Origin: an uncultured bacterium
GTDB taxonomy: Bacteria; Muiribacteriota; UBA6191
Length of the DNA: 64,000 nt
Direction of reading: 5' to 3'
NCBI GenBank assembly: GCA_964539825.1
Contig: CAZIKF010000001.1
Coordinates: forward strand, 22,695 to 86,694
Below, piece after piece: positions 20,601-30,091 of this stretch. The notes beneath the pieces were generated by a model, which ran no database searches, had not been told where the DNA came from, and saw only the letters and a list, made by a program, of their open reading frames with translations. Position 1 is the first letter of the stretch, and every line of letters starts with the position of its first letter. The translations under genes and the position numbers were made by a program.

Positions 20601-22706
20601 TTATTCGGTATAGAAGGAAGCTGCTTCCGGTAATGCCAGCTCTTCCCATACTGTCCGTATGAGGTATTTTTCCTGGGGACTTAAAGGAACCAGATTTCTC
20701 CCCTGAACCCACTGGTTTGCGTCACGAAATTTTCGTGCTTGGATGTAAAGAATCAGTTGGTACCATGGATTTTTATCCGAAGGATTAATTCTCTCAGCTG
20801 GGTCTGAGATTAAGATCCCAGGGAATTCCCTGAACACCCTTTCTTTAAATAGCTGCTGCAAAAACGTCCCTGAATTTCGAATTTCCCAGTGGGAATTCTT
20901 GCTAAATTCCTCAAAAGACTTCAGGGCACTGCCCTGGAGTTCTCCACTCACCAGCAAAGTTTCAAAAAAACGAAAATCCTCGCCGAGCGAATCCCATTCT
21001 CGAAGTTCACGAATAATTCTGTGAGCTACCCCATCCATACCCTGGTGATAAAACTGAAGAGCAAAACCTTGCCATAGAGTTAAGTCTAGAGGGCGAGCTT
21101 CCCGGGCTAGAACATCATCCACCTGAAGAAAAACCAACTGTTGTCTGAGTTTGTCGAGGTCAACTGTTGACTTGCCTTCAATAGTACCTAAAAATTGCGA
21201 GATCGAGAGACTTGCTGCAAAATTTTTCTTATTGAGGTTTTTAACCCTGGGTAAAAGTCCTGAATAAACAGCTAAACCATCTTCAAGAAAAAGAATTTTT
21301 GCAGCAGGAAAAGTTTTTGAAAATGGAGCTAGAAGAGTTTTAAGGTCCCTGGCCTTATAGGATTTTGCGGTAAAGATCAGAATGCCTCCCGAAAGGCGAT
21401 CAGATAAAAACCGAATCCACTCCGCATATTCTCCTGCCTTCAATATTCTATGAAAGCTCATCGCCAGATAGTTTGGTTTCTTTTTTGACAGTAGATGTCT
21501 GACCTTTGTGCGCGAAATGGAGCCCCTCAATTCTGCCAGATAAAAAGTAGGGTTGAGCTTTTCAGTGCTCGAGCTTTTTTCTAAATCAAACACTCGAACC
21601 GCGTCCCCTTGATCCGCGTCATCCAGTAAATTGAAAAGAATCCAGGGTTTCTCCCCATAGACATCCTCAAAGTGGTCGCTCAAGGAAACTTTGCGGTAAA
21701 GAGTGATTTCACCATTTTGAACTCGGGACAATTGATGAAATTGAAGAAGTTTAGGTTGAGTGCCAGCAACAGACTTCATCAACGCAGCTTCATTAGGAAG
21801 ATGGGTAAGCCCGTAATAAAACACAAAACCAACGAGGCCCATCGCGATCCACGAATGCCCGGAGCCATAAAATATTAGCAAACGAGCGGAAAGAAAAAAG
21901 TGCCACAAAACGATTCTTTGATTGGGACTTTGCAAGTCAAAAAGAGTGCATAGGACCAAAAAAATCAACACGGAAAGAGAAGTTGAAATTCCAGACCTTC
22001 TAATCGGAGGGGAAGGGACCACAAGGCAAACAATCATTGAGCCCACTACCAGGGCACTCATGGCAGGGCTGGGATAAAGTAGAAAAAAGGAGCCCAGTAA
22101 AAATGCATGGAAGAAGGTCCAATCAAAAACCCTACGACTCATTCGCTCCAACCAAAACTTTCTTGGCTTTCCCTCTAAGAACAGAAGAAAAAACGCGCTA
22201 CATCCGGCAAGAACCTCAGGTCGCACACCGGCTGAGAGAAAAACTAAGCCTAATACAACACCAATCCATATTTCCCTCTCTATGGGCCTGCACCGCTTTT
22301 GATTCCTGACAATTTGGGTTTGGCCAAGAAGAAACAAAAAGCCGGCCAGTAAGAGGAACCCGGATAAGACCCAGCCTGTAGTGAAAACCCCCGATATGGC
22401 TAAAAATAAAGCCATCAGGGTGCACAAGGGAAAACCGGGGGACGGCAAAAAACGTGAGTTCCTTAGAGATACATAGAGAAAAGCCCATGGAATCCAGCTG
22501 AAAAAAAGAACTACAAAAAGTATGAAAATGTGGGAACGATGGTATGCCTCCAATAGATAGAACTGTGTCTGTAACAGGTCTAACAGATGAACAAAAAGAA
22601 ACTTCGGAAATCCTGCTAACACAAGAATTAGAGATCCGAGAAAGAAAACTCTACCTACCTGATCGTAAAGGGGATCCTTTTGAAGGGTCCGCTGTACGAA
22701 TAGCAC
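20601..22706 (-). CDS. polytopic membrane protein with a large C-terminal soluble domain (701 aa), function unknown
   Basis: The N-terminal ~350 aa hold 9 or more hydrophobic segments. The C-terminal half is hydrophilic with no recognised motif. Confidence 0.55.
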   Translation of the reverse strand: MLFVQRTLQKDPLYDQVGRVFFLGSLILVLAGFPKFLFVHLLDLLQTQFYLLEAYHRSHIFILFVVLFFSWIPWAFLYVSLRNSRFLPSPGFPLCTLMALFLAISGVFTTGWVLSGFLLLAGFLFLLGQTQIVRNQKRCRPIEREIWIGVVLGLVFLSAGVRPEVLAGCSAFFLLFLEGKPRKFWLERMSRRVFDWTFFHAFLLGSFFLLYPSPAMSALVVGSMIVCLVVPSPPIRRSGISTSLSVLIFLVLCTLFDLQSPNQRIVLWHFFLSARLLIFYGSGHSWIAMGLVGFVFYYGLTHLPNEAALMKSVAGTQPKLLQFHQLSRVQNGEITLYRKVSLSDHFEDVYGEKPWILFNLLDDADQGDAVRVFDLEKSSSTEKLNPTFYLAELRGSISRTKVRHLLSKKKPNYLAMSFHRILKAGEYAEWIRFLSDRLSGGILIFTAKSYKARDLKTLLAPFSKTFPAAKILFLEDGLAVYSGLLPRVKNLNKKNFAASLSISQFLGTIEGKSTVDLDKLRQQLVFLQVDDVLAREARPLDLTLWQGFALQFYHQGMDGVAHRIIRELREWDSLGEDFRFFETLLVSGELQGSALKSFEEFSKNSHWEIRNSGTFLQQLFKERVFREFPGILISDPAERINPSDKNPWYQLILYIQARKFRDANQWVQGRNLVPLSPQEKYLIRTVWEELALPEAASFYTE

Positions 22707-22827
22707 AGCAAGGATGAAAGAAATGAGAACGGCCTCTCGAATTAAAGGTTCAGAGACGGCTTCCAGACAGAATTGAAAGAGTTCTACCTGAAGAAGAAGC
22801 GCAAAAAAAAAGCGAGGAATGCCAAGG

Positions 22828-23772
22828 TTAGTAGATAACTTTCCCTAATGCGGATTCAATGAGAGAGAGGGCTGTACGCGCGGTTTGGTTCGAGTGATCC
22901 AACAATGGATTTACCTCTACCATATCCATGCTGCGGATCGCATTTGTTTCCGAGAATAATTCTAAAACAAGATGAGCTTCCCGCAGGGTTAGTCCACCCG
23001 CGACTGGTGTCCCCGTACCTGGAACTGACCGCTCATCAACGCCGTCTATATCAAAGCTTATATGGATAGGCTCTCCCTTAGGTGAACAAATTCCAATTGC
23101 CTCTCGAATGCATTTTACAGCACCTTGTTCATCAATGTCCTTCATGGAAAAAACTTTGATTCCCAAGTCTTTTACAATGGAACTCTCTTCGGGATCAACG
23201 CTGCGGACTCCAAATAAGACAACTCTGGAAGGATCAATAAATTTCCCGTCAAAGAGTTCACACAATCTTGTATGACCTTTACCTAGTGCTACCGCTAACG
23301 GCATTCCATGCACATTTCCTGAAGGACTAGTCCGATCAGTATTGAGGTCTGCATGAGCATCGAACCAGAGTAAGCCCGGCGTTGTCCAATGCTGTCTCCA
23401 ATAAGAGTTAATCGCGGAAATTGAACCCATTGCTACGGAATGATCACCGCCCAAAACTAGTGGTAAAAACCCCTTTTCCAAAGACTGAAATACCTTGGCA
23501 CGTACCTGTTCCTGAAAAGGTATGATTTCCTCAAGATAACGAATTTGCCTGGGCGCAAACCCTACAGGTGGATAGGGCTCTTCAAGAGTGTTTAAATTCC
23601 CCTGATCTACACATTTCCAGCCCAGACGGTCTATCCTCTCCCGTAAACCAGCAAGACGTATCGCATCCGGACCTAGAGATACTCCTTTAGAAGGAGAAGC
23701 TAATCCTATAGGTGCGCCAATTACCTCGATTACTTTGGGAGTCGTATTCTGCGAGGAGCCATTTTTTTCCAT
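22828..23772 (-). CDS. rocF: arginase / ureohydrolase-family enzyme
   Basis: Mn-binding motifs LVLGGDHSVAMGSI, WFDAHADLNT and SFDIDGVDERSVPGTGTPVAGGLTLREA, plus MVEVNPLLD. The closest resemblance is to arginases rather than agmatinases. Confidence 0.8.
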   Translation of the reverse strand: MEKNGSSQNTTPKVIEVIGAPIGLASPSKGVSLGPDAIRLAGLRERIDRLGWKCVDQGNLNTLEEPYPPVGFAPRQIRYLEEIIPFQEQVRAKVFQSLEKGFLPLVLGGDHSVAMGSISAINSYWRQHWTTPGLLWFDAHADLNTDRTSPSGNVHGMPLAVALGKGHTRLCELFDGKFIDPSRVVLFGVRSVDPEESSIVKDLGIKVFSMKDIDEQGAVKCIREAIGICSPKGEPIHISFDIDGVDERSVPGTGTPVAGGLTLREAHLVLELFSETNAIRSMDMVEVNPLLDHSNQTARTALSLIESALGKVIY

Positions 23773-23777
23773 AGGCT

Positions 23778-23927
23778 CTTATTATATACTCAAAATGAAG
23801 TGTTTTGCCCGGATTCCCGGATAAAACGGAATCTTACGATTCCCGAGCTCATCTGCGATTGAGCCTTCTTGAGTATGAACCAACAAGTGGGTAAACCACC
23901 TGCTTTCGGTATCTATCCAAACTGGGG
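23778..23927. repeat. copy 1 of a ~150-nt intergenic element family (TATTATATAC box, CAAAATGAAGT, GGATTCC/GGAATC-N4-GATTCC repeats, ATGAACCAACAAGTGGGTAAACCAC block) abutting the arginase start
   Basis: Compared directly with 36160..36322 and 41036..41100. Read on the minus strand, the conserved core is ACTTCATTTTG(A/G)GT[ATATAATA]. Confidence 0.6.
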
Positions 23928-23928
23928 A

Positions 23929-25077
23929 TTAACGATCTAATTCATCGGAAAAGGACTCATCGGGGCGGACCTCTGAGTTTTTAGGAAGGGTATTCGTATT
24001 TGGGTGCCCTTCCCTTCCAGCAGGTAAATCTAATTCTTTTAATGCTTCACTCCACCTATCTCTGGCATCCTGCTCAAGTTCTGAAACTCCGGTCAGGATC
24101 AGCCCCTTACTCTTAACTTCCTGGGAAGGATTTACAAAGACGGAGGGCTGGTTTGAGGTCAGGGAACGCACTTCAACCCGTCCCTCAAAAACTGAGACTA
24201 CGGAGAGAGTCGCAAGCGGCCCCCTGGTACCAGTGGATACAGAATCTCCCTCTACATCCACGGAAAAGACTGTTCCACGAACCGCGGCGATGAGATTGGG
24301 AGTTTTAACTTCAAACTTAGTGCCTTTTCGAACAATATGTACCCAGGAACTACCATGGAAAAGACGTAGAGAATTGCGAGCAATTTGAATCCTGGTGCGA
24401 GATTTGAGCCGTAGACGGACCTTATCTTCGGGATAAACAATCGAAGCGGTGGCCTTCGCTCCAGTGCGCACCTCATCCAGGAATGCCAGCGAATGTATCT
24501 CTCCATTCTTAATGATTTGGAATCCATTGGAATTGCGGACATGTACCACACCGCCAGAAACTTCAAGCTTCAGAGGGAATTCACCTCCACCCATTTGATG
24601 CTGAGTGGGATCGCTGCTCGATCCATCCCCACTTAACCCGTGAAAGGATTGGTCGATCTCCCCCCCGGCATCCACTCTCACAGTCATAGTGGGATCCGGT
24701 CCAGAATTCTTGTTCCATGGAAAATGAAAGGGTAAATCTAACTGTGTAATGGAAACAACAAAGACCGCGGCAACTGCCATTCCTGCATATTTCAGATAAG
24801 GGGCAATAGACTCAAAGCCACTCCCATAACCTTTTGCCCGGGTATTTTGAAAGGAAACATCGGGAAGTGAGCTCATTACCCTTTGAGTGAAGTCTGCGGG
24901 AAGGTCCGGACAGGAATCCTCCTCTTCAAAGAGTTCCACTAAGCGCTTATATGACTGGAGCTCCTCACGGCAGCGGGAGCAAAGCTCTACGTGCTTCTCA
25001 AGCTGAATTCTTTGTTCATGCGATAGGGAGAGATCCAGATAGTGTTGGATCAGCTCATCAACCATTTCGCATTTCAT
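23929..25077 (-). CDS. membrane-anchored anti-sigma-factor-like protein (N-terminal zf-HC2 H..C..C motif, TM helix, FecR-like C-terminal domain)
   Basis: HYLDLSLSHEQRIQLEKHVELCSRCREEL (HxxxCxxC zinc-finger anti-sigma motif). TM segment AGMAVAAVFVVSITQL. C-terminal …AAVRGTVFSVDVEGDSV… resembles the FecR fold. Confidence 0.55.
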   Translation of the reverse strand: MKCEMVDELIQHYLDLSLSHEQRIQLEKHVELCSRCREELQSYKRLVELFEEEDSCPDLPADFTQRVMSSLPDVSFQNTRAKGYGSGFESIAPYLKYAGMAVAAVFVVSITQLDLPFHFPWNKNSGPDPTMTVRVDAGGEIDQSFHGLSGDGSSSDPTQHQMGGGEFPLKLEVSGGVVHVRNSNGFQIIKNGEIHSLAFLDEVRTGAKATASIVYPEDKVRLRLKSRTRIQIARNSLRLFHGSSWVHIVRKGTKFEVKTPNLIAAVRGTVFSVDVEGDSVSTGTRGPLATLSVVSVFEGRVEVRSLTSNQPSVFVNPSQEVKSKGLILTGVSELEQDARDRWSEALKELDLPAGREGHPNTNTLPKNSEVRPDESFSDELDR

Positions 25078-25162
25078 TAGTTCAACCTTCTTTGAATTCC
25101 CTCACCCATAATTACGAACTGCAGGGAAAAAGGTTGCAGAGTATTTCCGAATCTTTCCGGAT

Positions 25163-25405
25163 TCAGGAGACTTGAAGAGAACTCACAGAACTGCTTGAAC
25201 CCGCTTCCAGGTCCTTCATTTCTGTCCTCATGAGGAGATCTACAGTAAAGGACAGCTTACGATTCATTTTTCTTAATCTTTCAAGTTCCAGCTCCAGGCT
25301 ATCCATACGGATCTGCAGCGCCTGAACGCTTGCTCGCTTATTGCTTGTTTGAAAGATACTGTCCAACCACATAGAATTGGTCCTGTTTGTCATAGATGAG
25401 TTCAA
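25163..25405 (-). CDS. small hypothetical coiled-coil protein (80 aa)
   Basis: Supported only by the ORF itself, which sits upstream on the same strand as the anti-sigma gene. Confidence 0.25.
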   Translation of the reverse strand: MNSSMTNRTNSMWLDSIFQTSNKRASVQALQIRMDSLELELERLRKMNRKLSFTVDLLMRTEMKDLEAGSSSSVSSLQVS

Positions 25406-25867
25406 ATGAAGTATCGACCAAATCAGTTTCTATTTAACCTTTTTTGTTTGGTTTGGATTGCCCTTAACGGCTGCTCCACTCCTTCCTTTTTTGAAAAATA
25501 TGCCATTAAGGGTGAAAAGGTAGGAGTAGAACTCCATTCTTCCAGATCATTTCCACCCTCTCTGTCATTCGAGAGTCCTAAAAAAACTCTTTTGATTGCC
25601 GGAGAGCGAGACGGGTTTTCTTGCTTTGTAGAGTATTACGAATTGCAAAACCTGGCACAGAATTCAGCAAAGCCACCCAGCGCAGAAGAATGGCAAAATC
25701 TCTCGGCGGGATTATTTTTAAAACAAAGAGATTTTTTGCTAAAACAGACTGTCTATTACGAGACATATGTCTACTTTAGTGAGGGTCCTTACGCTCTATA
25801 CGGCCATTTTCTAGGACAGGAACCCCAGGAAATAAGAAACCTTTTTCCCGCACTATTCAAAGACTAG
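25406..25867 (+). CDS. hypothetical lipoprotein (153 aa)
   Basis: Signal peptide ending in a lipobox-like ALNGC followed by S. Convergent with ftsZ. Confidence 0.45.
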   Translation: MKYRPNQFLFNLFCLVWIALNGCSTPSFFEKYAIKGEKVGVELHSSRSFPPSLSFESPKKTLLIAGERDGFSCFVEYYELQNLAQNSAKPPSAEEWQNLSAGLFLKQRDFLLKQTVYYETYVYFSEGPYALYGHFLGQEPQEIRNLFPALFKD

Positions 25868-25880
25868 ACTTGAGTAAAGT

Positions 25881-27011
25881 TCAGGACTTATTGCTGGTAT
25901 GACGTCGTAGGAAAGCGGGGATATCTCGGTCATCGGACTGAGAAGCCACAATCTTCATGTCATCCGCTTTTACCTGGGTCTTTTTCTCTGTAGGTAGTGG
26001 CTTGGGAGGATCATAAATCTTACGAACATTGGCCGCCATCTCTTTTGCATGAGGTTGTGAATCTTCTTCAAACCTCGTGGCGATTACCGTGATTCGCAAT
26101 CCTTCGCCAATATTCTCATCTACAGATGATCCGAAAATAATCTCCGCTTCATCATGTACGGCATTCTGAATGATTTGACAGGCCTGGTTCACTTCAAGCA
26201 TTCCCAGTGTCATCGGACCGGTAATATTGATCAGGACCGATCTTGCGCCTTCAATACTAGATTCCAGAAGCGGAGAATCAATGGCCATTTGCGCCGCTTT
26301 TTCCGCTCTTCCTTCTCCCTCTGCCATTCCTATTCCCATTACCGCACGACCTGAGTCACTCATTACAGTCTTAACATCGGCAAAGTCACAATTTATCATC
26401 CCAGGAACTGTAATCAGGTCCGTTATCCCCTGAACACCCTGCCGCAGAACATTATCAGCCAGGCCAAATGCCTCAATCATGGAAGTATTGCTGTCGGAGA
26501 TCTGTAACAACCGGTCATTTGGAATTACGATGAGCGAATCAACAGATTCACGTAGATTTTTAATTCCAACCTCTGCAATTTGATTCCGCTTTTTGCCTTC
26601 AAATCCAAAGGGCTTGGTAACAACCGCGACCGTTAGAATCCCCTTCTCCTTAGCAGCTTGAGCAATGATGGGAGCCGCACCAGTTCCGGTGCCTCCACCC
26701 ATACCCGCTGTAATAAAGAGCATATCTGCGCCTTCAATGGAGGCGCAAATTTTTTCCTGGTCCTCTTCCGCAGCCTTTTTCCCGACTTCAAAGTTGGCCC
26801 CAGCTCCCAATCCCTTGGTTAATTTATCCCCAATCTGAATCTTTATTCTGGCCTCTGAAAGAACCAGTGCCTGAGCGTCAGTGTTTGCGGCGATAAAATC
26901 CACTCCAGACATCTCGCTATTGATCATGCGGTTCACAGCGTTGCCGCCACCGCCACCTATACCGATAACTTTTATGTCCGCTGACCGTTCTACCGCTTCG
27001 AACTCAAACAT
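25881..27011 (-). CDS. ftsZ: cell division GTPase FtsZ
   Basis: GGGTGTG tubulin signature ([16 protein letters not shown]), N-terminal [17 protein letters not shown], and a C-terminal conserved tail (DIPAFLRR). Confidence 0.97.
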   Translation of the reverse strand: MFEFEAVERSADIKVIGIGGGGGNAVNRMINSEMSGVDFIAANTDAQALVLSEARIKIQIGDKLTKGLGAGANFEVGKKAAEEDQEKICASIEGADMLFITAGMGGGTGTGAAPIIAQAAKEKGILTVAVVTKPFGFEGKKRNQIAEVGIKNLRESVDSLIVIPNDRLLQISDSNTSMIEAFGLADNVLRQGVQGITDLITVPGMINCDFADVKTVMSDSGRAVMGIGMAEGEGRAEKAAQMAIDSPLLESSIEGARSVLINITGPMTLGMLEVNQACQIIQNAVHDEAEIIFGSSVDENIGEGLRITVIATRFEEDSQPHAKEMAANVRKIYDPPKPLPTEKKTQVKADDMKIVASQSDDRDIPAFLRRHTSNKS

Positions 27012-27147
27012 CGACTAACTCCTTGCAAGAAGCTCCATTAGGGCAATTAGAGGATTCTAACACAAACCCGCAGGGTACAAAACCTGTTTTGAAGCACTTT
27101 CATCGCTTACCTGAATACACCTAAACCTAACCCAATTGGAGTCAATT

Positions 27148-28368
27148 CTAAACGAACCAACCCTTTATCGTGCTTATAACCCGTTCAAAAAAAGACTCTT
27201 CATGAAGACTTCTCATCACCATTTCATGATTTCGATATCCATAAAAAATGAGTCCTACCCCGGTTGCAAAAACCGGACTGGAAACTTTTTCCACCAAACC
27301 GGTCACATCGCGAATTTTTCCTATTCTTACGGGTAATCCACCCAGATCCTGGAAAAGCACATCCAAGCCTCGGGTTTGAGAACCTCCACCGGTCAGCACG
27401 ATACCGGCTCCTAGCTGTTGCAATTCGCCCACGCTCTCAAAAATGTCTTCCAGAACTAATTCCGCCAACTCTTCGCCGCGAGCTCGCAGTACTTCTGCGA
27501 CGGCTCCTACGGTAACTTTACGCCTTTCCTCGCCACCTACAGCTGGAACTTCGAGGCTCTGACCGAGGTCGGATTGGTGCAGGTCCACACTGCCATAGCG
27601 AATTTTTAGCTTTTCCGCTTCCGAGTACGGACTGCGCAGGTAAACGGACAAATCATTTGTAAAATGCCCTCCGCCAAGGGGAATCACCCTGGTGTGAGTG
27701 AGCTGTCCTTTTTGAAATACCGCGATATCAGTAGTCCCGCCGCCAATGTCCACCAGGACAACACCCATTTTCTTTTCATCTTCGGTCAGGATAGCTTCCG
27801 CTGAGGCAAGAGGCTGAAGAATGACTTCGGCCACATCAAGGTTCACATTATGGGCGCAGCGAACCAGGTCCCTGATCGCGCTAATAGCTCCTAGCACAAT
27901 ATGAACCGTTACTTTTAACTTGGATCCAGTCATGCCTACGGGATCCTTGAGGCCTCGGTTTTCATCCAGGGAATATTCTCGAATAATGGTGTGGATGATT
28001 TCCTTATCTTCAGGAACCTGGATATCTTTGGCCATGGACAGTATCAAATCCACATCTTCTTGAGTAACGCAGGTATTGGGCTCTCTCAAGTCGATTTCGA
28101 CAGTACGATTCACAGATTCGATATGACCGCCGGCAATTCCGATGTACACATAGTCGATGGCCATGTCAGCCATTCTTTGTGCTTTATCAATGGCTTCCTG
28201 GATACACGCTGAAGTTTCTTCAACGTTCTTAACGATCCCCTTCTCCATTCCACGGGAAGGAGTGATTCCCATTCCGATGACCTTTGTGTGGGTTTCATCA
28301 ATCATTTCCCCCACAACCGCTGTCACCTTCGTGGTGCCTATATCGAGACCTACGACGGTACTATACAT
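27148..28368 (-). CDS. ftsA: cell division protein FtsA
   Basis: Actin-like ATPase motifs (VGLDIGTTKV…, VLVDIGGGTTDIAVF). Positioned upstream of ftsZ. Confidence 0.95.
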   Translation of the reverse strand: MYSTVVGLDIGTTKVTAVVGEMIDETHTKVIGMGITPSRGMEKGIVKNVEETSACIQEAIDKAQRMADMAIDYVYIGIAGGHIESVNRTVEIDLREPNTCVTQEDVDLILSMAKDIQVPEDKEIIHTIIREYSLDENRGLKDPVGMTGSKLKVTVHIVLGAISAIRDLVRCAHNVNLDVAEVILQPLASAEAILTEDEKKMGVVLVDIGGGTTDIAVFQKGQLTHTRVIPLGGGHFTNDLSVYLRSPYSEAEKLKIRYGSVDLHQSDLGQSLEVPAVGGEERRKVTVGAVAEVLRARGEELAELVLEDIFESVGELQQLGAGIVLTGGGSQTRGLDVLFQDLGGLPVRIGKIRDVTGLVEKVSSPVFATGVGLIFYGYRNHEMVMRSLHEESFFERVISTIKGWFV

Positions 28369-28395
28369 TTATCCCTTTTGAGAAAGGCTGGTAGT

Positions 28396-29160
28396 TTAAC
28401 CCATCTTTACTACCATATCCTCGAATCGGGCATCAATATATTCTATCGTTTTCCCGGTCTGGAGCACTTCCTTTAAGAAAATAGGTATCTTTGATTGATG
28501 TTCCAAGAATCGCTCCACATCTTCGAGGTAGATGCGAATGCCTTGAAAAGTCACGAAAAAGGTCGAGAGATCCTCCAGGGAAAGTACATCAAACTGCGCT
28601 AAAGGAGATTTCTCAAGAATCTCTACCCATTGTTTTAATAATTCTTGTTTCTCCTGCGATAGACGAAATATTTTCCACTCAGATTCTCCCAGTTTTATTC
28701 GAATCCTTGGTTTGGTACCCGGATCTTGAATGGGGAAAAAAAAGCCCTCTTCAGTCACACCAAAGACTGAAGACTGTCCCCACACTTGTAACCATTCTTT
28801 GCGTTCAGTTATCGTGATTTGAACTTTCCGTGGAGAAATTTGCAATAATGACGCTTCCGAAATTCTGGGATGTTCAGATATTTTCCTGGCAATTTCCTCA
28901 AAATCCATTCCGAAAGTCCGTTGCCCCATCTCCAACTTTCCAAGTGTAAGAATCATTTCGGTTTCGACAGTCCGGTTCCCCTTCACTGTGATCCCCTCCA
29001 GTGTGAAATAGGAGGAGTAGAACAGCAGATACCAGGCCTGAAATACACAAAACGCCCCGAGTGCCAAAATTATGAAACCCGCTACATAACGGGGCTCATC
29101 AAAGAGCCTGGGAACGGTTAGTTCCCTCTTTCGCTCATATTGAATCCATTGGCGCTTCAT
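28396..29160 (-). CDS. ftsQ: cell division protein FtsQ/DivIB
   Basis: 254 aa bitopic protein with a single N-terminal TM helix, then a POTRA-like region (…FTLEGITVKGNRTVETEMIL…). Sits in the conserved slot upstream of ftsA. Confidence 0.65.
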   Translation of the reverse strand: MKRQWIQYERKRELTVPRLFDEPRYVAGFIILALGAFCVFQAWYLLFYSSYFTLEGITVKGNRTVETEMILTLGKLEMGQRTFGMDFEEIARKISEHPRISEASLLQISPRKVQITITERKEWLQVWGQSSVFGVTEEGFFFPIQDPGTKPRIRIKLGESEWKIFRLSQEKQELLKQWVEILEKSPLAQFDVLSLEDLSTFFVTFQGIRIYLEDVERFLEHQSKIPIFLKEVLQTGKTIEYIDARFEDMVVKMG

Positions 29161-29194
29161 AAATTCTCAGATCGATCTTAGTTACTCATACAGG

Positions 29195-30091
29195 TCAGGC
29201 GACCTGAAAAATCGCTTCGTTGGCGTACTGGAGTTCTCGCTCAAGCAAAATTCCATATTTTTCAAATACACGACCGCGTACCCTGGATACCAATTCACGA
29301 ATGGATGAAGCTGTGGCCTCTCCTGTGTTCACGATGAAATTGGCATGGAGATCTGAAACTTCAGCTCCGCCACATCTCATCTTCTTGCACCCGCTTCGGT
29401 CAATGAGTTGACCGGCGGAAAAAGAGGTAGGGTTCTTAAATACACAACCTGCACTAGGGAATCTAAGCGGTTGAGTAGCCTTTCTGTAGCGGTTCAAGTC
29501 TTCAAAGTTACGGTCTTTTAGGCTTTGATCCGCCCTCGAGAATGCGGCCCTGAGAATAAGGAAGTTCCCTCTCAGAGAGCAGCGGCGGTAAGAAAATTTG
29601 ATCTCACTTGCGGGAATTCTCTGAAATTCTCCATTTAGATGGAAACCCTCCACCCACAGCAGGCTGTGCGCAATATCTTTACCAAAAGCACCCGCGTTAT
29701 TCGCGATACTACCCCCTATATTTCCAGGAATTTTGCCAAGAAAGTCCAGGGTGTGGCAGTGGTTTTTCTGGGAAAATCTTACCAATGATGAGAGTTTTTT
29801 TCCTGCGGGAGCAGTGAGCAAGTCATCACTAGCCTGAAAGTCTTCAAATTGACTGGAAATTCGTAGGATTAACCCGTCGAATCCTTCATCATCAAATAGA
29901 ATATTACTCCCATTCCCCAGGAGAATAAGAGGAAGGGAACGATGTCTGACAAATTCAAAAGTTTCAAAAATATCTTCCGTAGAAACCGCGTCTACAAAGT
30001 ATCTTGCCTCCCCGCCAATACGGTAAGAACAGAGCCGGCTCAGAGGCTCGTTCACACGAAAGTCTCCTTGTATCTTTTTTACAAAACTCAT
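29195..30091 (-). CDS. murB: UDP-N-acetylenolpyruvoylglucosamine reductase
   Basis: 298 aa with an FAD-binding N-terminus (…YRIGGEARYFVDAVSTEDI…LILLGNGSNILF) and a C-terminal MurB domain. Confidence 0.85.
   Translation of the reverse strand: MSFVKKIQGDFRVNEPLSRLCSYRIGGEARYFVDAVSTEDIFETFEFVRHRSLPLILLGNGSNILFDDEGFDGLILRISSQFEDFQASDDLLTAPAGKKLSSLVRFSQKNHCHTLDFLGKIPGNIGGSIANNAGAFGKDIAHSLLWVEGFHLNGEFQRIPASEIKFSYRRCSLRGNFLILRAAFSRADQSLKDRNFEDLNRYRKATQPLRFPSAGCVFKNPTSFSAGQLIDRSGCKKMRCGGAEVSDLHANFIVNTGEATASSIRELVSRVRGRVFEKYGILLERELQYANEAIFQVA

Noticed and set aside
23800-23850. GGAATC-N4-GATTCC palindromes as ArgR ARG boxes upstream of arginase
   Set aside because: The ARG-box consensus has TGAAT and ATTCA half-sites separated by 4 W bases. 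Here the GAAT/ATTC cores are 6 nt apart in a GC-containing spacer, so the fit is poor. Kept only as a generic operator candidate.
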